This document shows, in pieces, positions 56,821-64,000 of a DNA stretch of 64,000 nt; positions within the stretch are counted from its first letter, which is position 1, and every line of letters starts with the position of its first letter. Position numbers and translations under genes: made by a program. The notes under the pieces were generated by a model that saw nothing but the letters and a program-made list of their open reading frames with translations, was not told the DNA's origin and did no database searches. Origin of the DNA: Eledone cirrhosa (taxonomy: Eukaryota); contig OZ024745.1 of assembly GCA_964016885.1 (NCBI GenBank), positions 51,894,001 to 51,958,000 on the forward strand, read 5' to 3'.

Positions 56821-57212
56821 CGAAATCACTAGAGAATTAAACTGTTTGTCTCGGTAAGTAAAAACAAATTAATATAAACTGTAGAGTTGAGTAGAAGTTA
56901 TTCACTGTGGATAGGGTAGAAAAATGCGAGAAATGACATATGCTGAGAGTAAAATCCTCCCAGAAACGTAAAACAAAATATTTGTTCTGATTGCAATAGC
57001 GACACCAAGAACAGACTTGAGATAACTGCAGTTTGATTGAAAGATAAAAGAAGAAATGCGATTAAGCATTACCTGAAAGTATCACAGTTATTTGGCAGTA
57101 AGAGTGGGATGAATTCTCTCTATTGAAATAGCCGAGACCTTTCAAAACTCTGCTCTCTGCTGATGAATAGAAACACACAATTAGAATATGTAAGTGGATA
57201 ATGGATTTATAC

Positions 57213-57741
57213 ATATATAATGTATAATAAACAATACAATATTATATCCCGCCGAGGTTGACTTTGCCTTTCATCCTTACGGGGTCGATAAAATAAAGTA
57301 CCAGTAATGCACTGGGTAATTGCTGGCCTTCTGCCTTAAGTAGAAACAATTATTACCTCATTACCAGAGGTTTCCCGTCGTTCAAGGCAATAAAAAAATA
57401 AGGAAATATAGTTAGGGTATGTGTATATGTATGTATATACACTCACAAATGTACATATACATACCCTAACTATATTTCCTTATTTTTTTATATATCTCTT
57501 GCATTATTTGTATTTATATATTTTTTGCATTTCTTGAGGAGACTTTTCAAATATTTCACTATGTTTAAATTGCCTTGTCCGACGAACGAATGAGGACGCT
57601 TTTCGTATTCGTCTTATTCGGGAATCCTCTGGTAATGAGCTAATTATATTGTATTGTTTATTATACATTACATTTTGTTCTAGTACTTACATAGAGCACT
57701 CTTCACTCTTAAGACTTTTTCAATTTTCAACGGAAACTTCA

Positions 57742-57745
<4 letters not shown>
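57213..57745 (+). mobile_element. Short fold-back copy of the 40068-43398 PLE terminus, interrupted by SINE A (57247-57351); hammerhead copy at 57568-57645
   Basis: Sequence identity with 40068-40310 and 43110-43398. Confidence 0.85.
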
Positions 57746-57781
<36 letters not shown>

Positions 57782-58292
57782 CCCCCCCCCCCCCCACACA
57801 CACATATATATATATATATATAAATATAAATTTAGCGAGAATCGCAACTTCTGTATTGTGCAGACAAGCGCTCCATGGATATATATATATGTGTATGTGT
57901 GCGTGTGTGTTTATGTGTGTGTGTTTGTGTATATGTGCCTCTCTTTTTTGTATGTGTTTGGGTGCGACAGTTTATGCATAGCATTGTTTCTATTTTACCA
58001 CAAAAGAGACATTTACTTTACACAGATCTATCTTATATCTTAGCTCGTCAAGAATTTTTCATGAGGCACAATCAGGTACAGTAGGTTCAACGTTATAACA
58101 GAGATGGATAGGAGAAAAAAAAAACGCGAAAATAAGTGAAGATTCCGTGTAGGGAATAGGATGTAAATTTTAAGACTATGGATTTTATTAGGCCACATTA
58201 AGTATGAAATCAGTGGATTAAAGAAAGATTGAACACAACCATTCAAGCGTATAAATACAAACACGTACTAATACTCTCTCTCTCTCTCCCTC

Positions 58293-58331
<39 letters not shown>

Positions 58332-58380
58332 GTATATTTATACACACACACGCATATATATATGTATATTTATATATATA

Positions 58381-58445
<65 letters not shown>

Positions 58446-58699
58446 GTGTGTGGTGTGTGTGTGTGTGTGTGTGTATGTGTGTGTGTGTGAGCGTCTGTAT
58501 GTATGTGTGTGTCTCTGTGTGTGTGTGATGTGTGTGTCACACACTCTCTCAAAGAAAAACTGAGAGAATGTGCGTACGTATATAAGTAAATAAGCTTGTT
58601 TGTGCAGGGGGCATGCTTGATATTAAATAATCACTCACTCAAGTACACAAAGAAATATACATAAGATATATACACACACACACATGAAGAAAGTGCAGG

Positions 58700-59400
58700 A
58701 GAGCTACAGACCATACTAGATGAGATGTATATCAGAAGTTTGGCAGTTGCCTTGAGGCTCAATCATGCGAAAACAAATTATATGAGGTCAGAAGGCTTGG
58801 CAACTGGTCAGGTTTTAGTTGGTAGTGATGAAATCGAGGAGATGGAAAGTTATGTATATCTTGGGCAAGCAATAACCATGAGAAGCGACATGAATAATGT
58901 GCTTTCGGGAATAATAAGAACAGACTGGAGATCCTTAAACTCATTGAAAGATGTGCAAAAAGCGAACCCAGACAAAGAAACTCGAGCAAACCTCTACTAC
59001 GGTACGGTTCTGCATGGCTATATGCATGTGAAACATGGGCAAGGAAGAAGAGTGATGGACAGTGGTTAATAACGACGCGTAGCACGATGGAAAGTTTAAT
59101 ACTGGGAAGCTCCTAGCGAGATCACATCCGACACGAGAAGATTATAGAAAGCACAGGAATAAAGGAAGTTATCACCGGGTACCAACTGAGCAAAATCTCA
59201 TAGGCCGGAAATGTTTCAAGGTTCACTGATAAACAGTGGACCCATGCAATAGACGAATGATCCTCGCGCGAGTGGAAAAGACTACTCGGATGGTCTCCAC
59301 TGAGAGAATAATGGGAACACAATAAAGATGGAGGGTGAGATAAGAACGGAATGCATGAGAGACAGAAGGGAAGATAGTGAGGTAGAGAGAGAGTGATATA
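58700..59400 (+). mobile_element. Degenerate RTE LINE 3' fragment
   Basis: LRLNHAKTNYM...IEEMESYVYLGQ; later YACETW and AGNVSR..DKQW remnants. Confidence 0.65.
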
Positions 59401-61310
59401 GTGAGGGGTTGGTAATATCTCGACCATGGCGCCAAGCGGATTCGACATGAGCCAAAATCGCTTGGGTCTGGGGTCAGGTTTCATATGTATCTAAACCCAC
59501 TCTACATCTTCCCATTCATTGAGTATTCTCATTATGCTGAAAAGGTCACATGGCAGAGTAAAACATCTTCCCACGAACATTAATACATATGAAAAGCATC
59601 TCAAACAGTGCAAATGTTTTTAGAGGCAAACACATTGAGATGATTCTGATGAGTGAATGATGACATAAGCAAATATTCTTAACTTTTCAGAATAAAATGT
59701 GTATGTGTGTGTTTGGGTGTGTCTGTGTATGCGTCTCCTTGTCATTGTGATTGTGTATGCGAGTGGGTGTGTGTGCCTGCCTTATAAATAGCATGTGTTT
59801 TCCTATTTAAAGCTTTCCATTTTAGATGATTCAATATTTTCATTGAGATGTAAAACTTGTTACCTATGATTAGATTATACGTATTTTTGTCGGATTTCAG
59901 TAAACAAATATATCAAAGCAACCTTATACATACATTTATAATCCTGTTGATATCTGAAATGATAAAAAAAAAGATTAAACATCAGTGTTATTACTTGTGG
60001 CACACAGAATTCCATTAGTAATTACAAAGAATTTCGCTTTGAATATTCACTATGATGTTTTGTCCCTTTGAGCTGGATGTTCTTCAAAAGAACCTCTGAC
60101 GTTTAAAAAGAGAGGTCAATAGAAAATCTAATCTTTTCATTCAAATAGCATATCTGACATTGATGATATTTACTTCAGTATTCAACAACGTTGAAATCGC
60201 CCACATCGTATGTTTAAAATACGAGAAAGCGGCTGGCCTCTACAGTCCCCGTCTACTGTATATAACAGAATTTTACATCAGATTTTGAAATTCAAAATAG
60301 CGTTGTAAATTTACAGTGCTGCTCTTATTTAGACACCCGATGTTGCCATGTTATTTAGTGCTTAAATTCATCAAATGTTGAGTAGCTTTTAATGTAAAAA
60401 AAATATATTTGATAAAATTGTGATTGTTTATGATGGTTAATGCTGAGTGTAACGAGTAGAAGAATAGAATACATTCATTTGCCGAAAAAGTCTCACATTA
60501 TGTTGGAGATTCTTTAAGGATTATCTTCGTTTCCCATGAAATTTCCTGCAGGAATTGCTAAACTAATACTTATTATTTCCATAAAATTAGTCATTGTCGG
60601 GAAAGGATATTTTATAAAAGGAATGAAGTAAGTTATATCTGAGAAATGATGTATTTGAAGAAATGCTGAAAGTGATATATATCTAGAGTGTGTGACATCA
60701 TATTAATAACATGAAGCAACGAGTTTGCTACTTCAGATTTGTTTGATAATTTCCAATGGAAGCAAAATGCTTCTGAACTCACACATGTAACAAAGTATAA
60801 ATATTGGATATGTTTCCGAGCATTTGTACTTACGGGAATTAAATCAGATAGGTGTGACATACTTTAGATCAAACGTTTATGTTATTTTTTAGTTGAATGA
60901 CGGTTTATCGCTTCTTTTTTTCTCCATTCTCTGACTCATTCTCCTTTATTCACACATGTATATTCCACTCACCACTCCTATATATATATACAGATCTTCA
61001 TAAACGTGAAAAGTACACTCGTTTAACCAGAGCATATAAACTATACCAAATTTGCGATATTTCGTAAATTGATTTTGACGAGGCACACCACATAATGTTT
61101 CCTTCATGCCTATACTATATTTGGTCTTTGAAATATAACTAGAGGTTTCTGTATGTTATTCGATAAATATTAAAGAGATTCGTGAAGTGAATTAAGAGGC
61201 GTCATATGGATGTTTCTTATTCTTGCGAACAGTTGATTAACAATTAATTTTATAAGTATTAATAAATATGTATATCCATACTTTATATAAAAGATTAACG
61301 AAATTAAAAA

Positions 61311-61341
<31 letters not shown>

Positions 61342-62299
61342 TTTCTTGAATTTAATAAAATTATGTTTGGCCGTATAAATATTAACTTGGTATATACAAA
61401 AATACATTCAAAACAATATTTTAAAAATCTTAATTTAGTACAAACGTAAATACCTTCACAACGGGAACGAGACCTTATTGGGAATCTTAATACTATTGTT
61501 TTATTTTAAATCTTCAGTTTAATCTGCATGGAAATATAATAATTGATTGAAATCTTTCGAAAAGATTAAGACGTCTTTCAAACTGTTAGCATTAGAGTTA
61601 CTTGATATTTTTTTTAAAGAAACTAATTTCAGATAAACAGCTTTAAATTTTACTGAAACAACTATTTTAATTCATACTTTTGTAAGTGATTGTTATCTAC
61701 GATTATTCGTGTGGTATTTTTGATCTCCATTTGTTTGTGGATAGATAAGAACAGTTGAATTGATTGTTCTTATTTTGCCGATTTCTGATTAATTCTTCGA
61801 AATCTGAAATGGTAAGAATAGAAGTATATATTGACAGTCAACAGGTTATAGTAGTATTTGCTGCCAGTAGAAATATTTATAACGCTGGTTTATGTTAACT
61901 AAGGATGAAAGCATTGATTCGTTAAGACAACTAACGTCTCATATGGCGATGGATTAAATGCAGTTGGACAACTCTGGAAATATAATATTTTGATACGTCT
62001 TTTCCGGAGATTTACAACCATAAAAACATGGAAATTATAGTGTTTATAGGATATATGCATAACACGGATACAGCTGCAATATAATTATAGGCACAGACAA
62101 TTGTAAACAGTATTTCATTGAAGAAATAGTTTACGATTTCGCCAGCATATAGCCTAGATAACGAAATTTAAACCGTGTATATAATATGAAGAATCAATAT
62201 GAGTTACGCATGCTGTTTCAATTCATTGATATGTCACGGATTGATCATTAGTGTTGCTTTTTCAAATAACCTCAGAGCATCAACACAAAGGGTATGTAA

Positions 62300-63865
62300 G
62301 AGATATGTCCTTCAACATATCCTCCAGGCCATTTTGAATTCTCTAGTGAGCTGGATGTTCGTGTTAAGAGAGTATCTGAGCTGCCATCCGATCAACATAA
62401 AGTTATATGCAGCTTGAGACTTCATAAAGCAAACGAAGTCCAACACTTTGGCAGGCCCAGGTCGATTTGAAAGATAGTGAGGATGGCGTTGATTTAGAAG
62501 GAAGTTAGGAGCAAGTATGGAAATACCATTGCATCCAAATCCAGATAACTACCTTCGAAAACTGAAGCCTGAAATGGAGTGAAGATTGTTCAGCTCAACA
62601 GTTTCTGCTTCAGCTGTTAAAGGCTAAGGGTAACAAAACTTAGTGTGGTGCCGGATGGCAGCAGGATCCCTTGGTTCGATCAAGATGTCAAATATTCCTA
62701 TTCCCCTTTTCACTATGGAAAACAAGAAAGATTGCTCAAATTATAGAGAGATATTCTTGTTAAGCCTGCCCGGGAACATCTATGATATGTGCCTGGCAAA
62801 GAGAATTTTGATCAACAGTGTGGGTTTCGCTCCGGACGCAGCACAGCCGACAAAATATTCAAACTGCAGCAGGTCTTCGAGAAACCGTTGGAGCATTGTT
62901 AAGCGTTTTCTTCTTGTTTTGTAGACCTCTAAAACGCATAAGGGATCAAATGTCGGTTTCATGTTACCCAGATGTCTCAATATGAATGCTAGGGTACTTG
63001 TGTTTCAATAAATGTTGCTAAATCCAAACCATACAATGTGGGGATAGGACTCAGCCAAATGTGCCTACTTTCATCTCTCCTGATCATTACTTTCCTTAAC
63101 AGGATTGACAAGGGCAGCCAAGTTGGAAGTGTTACATATCTGGCATGTGTAAAGTCATTCGGCTGGATATTTGCAAACGATATGGAGTTACTTACCATGA
63201 CAGAAGGTGATCTCTGACTAGCACTTGATAGGTCTGATGCCGAGTGCTGCGTGACTGGGATACAAATCAGCCTACTCAGTGCATTATATATGTCAATTGA
63301 ATTCCACTAAAGCGGGTGAAGATGTTCAAATATCTAGGTGTCGCGTTTTCGAGTGATGGAAAGCAGGAGATTGAATTAAGTGTAAGAATGTCAGGACTTG
63401 GTGAAGGAATACGCTAGCTTAGCATTCGGTAATCAGAAAAAAAGAAAAACAAGTAGGTAGGTGTAACATACATACTCGCTATCTTCAATTCGGTATTCAT
63501 ACCAACGATTGACTATTGTCATAAATAGGGTAATAACAGAAAAATCCGATCGCTAATAGAAGTAGCCGAAATGCAGGTTTTCCGAAGCGTCTTTGCAGTA
63601 ATGTTACTAGATGTAGTGGGTAGCTCGGAGAAGAGAGAGCCATTCCATGATACGTTGGAGACAGTTGCTTCCGACAGGCCCGGTGGAAGGAATTTTTGAA
63701 TAATCTGCCTCCACGACCCTATCAGGGAGAAGAAGAAGAAGTAGAAGAAGAAGAAGAAGAAGAAGAAGAAGAAGAAGAAGAAGAAGAAGAAGAAGAAGAA
63801 GAAGAAGAAGAAGAAGAAGAAGAAGAAGAAGAAGAAGAAGAAGAAGAAGAAGAAGAAGAAGAAGA
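62300..63865 (+). mobile_element. Degenerate, internally deleted RTE LINE with (GAA)n tail
   Basis: ELDVRVKR..LPSDQH (APE end), KKDCSNYREI.LLSLPG, FAND, FKYLGV; (GAA)n at 63730-63865. Confidence 0.75.
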
Positions 63866-64000
63866 ATTAATACACGGAAATATATTTGCCAGCCAAAGAT
63901 TCCTGTGCGATCATGAGGTGTCGGCTTAATTCCTAAGGCTGGGGAGAATTTGCGCTAAACCGCTCTCATTGTATTAGGTCAATAGCACTGCATCGTGGAA

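Noticed and set aside
57160-59670. Isolated CTGATGA motifs (~57160, ~59646)
   Set aside because: No matching stems or GAAA-stem III-NUH arrangement

Overview
AT-rich, microsatellite-dense eukaryotic intergenic or intronic DNA. The SINE and LINE families resemble, from memory, those of octopod cephalopods. No host protein-coding exon could be recognised, and most ORFs in the track are translations of microsatellites. Mobile elements identified: (1) a near-intact full-length RTE-clade LINE at 34507-39780 (-), with APE, RT, an embedded PHD finger, one frameshift and tandem ~406-bp 5' monomers; (2) a decayed Dong/R4-like REL retrotransposon at ~46200-49550; (3) an internally deleted mariner at 11801-12688; (4) several RTE and L1-like fragments and two tRNA-derived SINE families. 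The main hidden signal is a set of about 14 loci, nearly all abutting (TA)n tracts, that carry type-I hammerhead-ribozyme-like motifs with short palindromic stem III. Several have non-canonical cores (U3-A8, U4C, A9G) or long stem II inserts. Many sit in inverted-repeat or fold-back structures with arms of 60 bp to 1.5 kb, and four are linked to GIY-YIG endonuclease remnants, which points to Penelope-like elements. Two loci are terminally redundant units resembling reverse-transcribed circular RNAs (retrozyme-like). All alignments and folds were made by eye.
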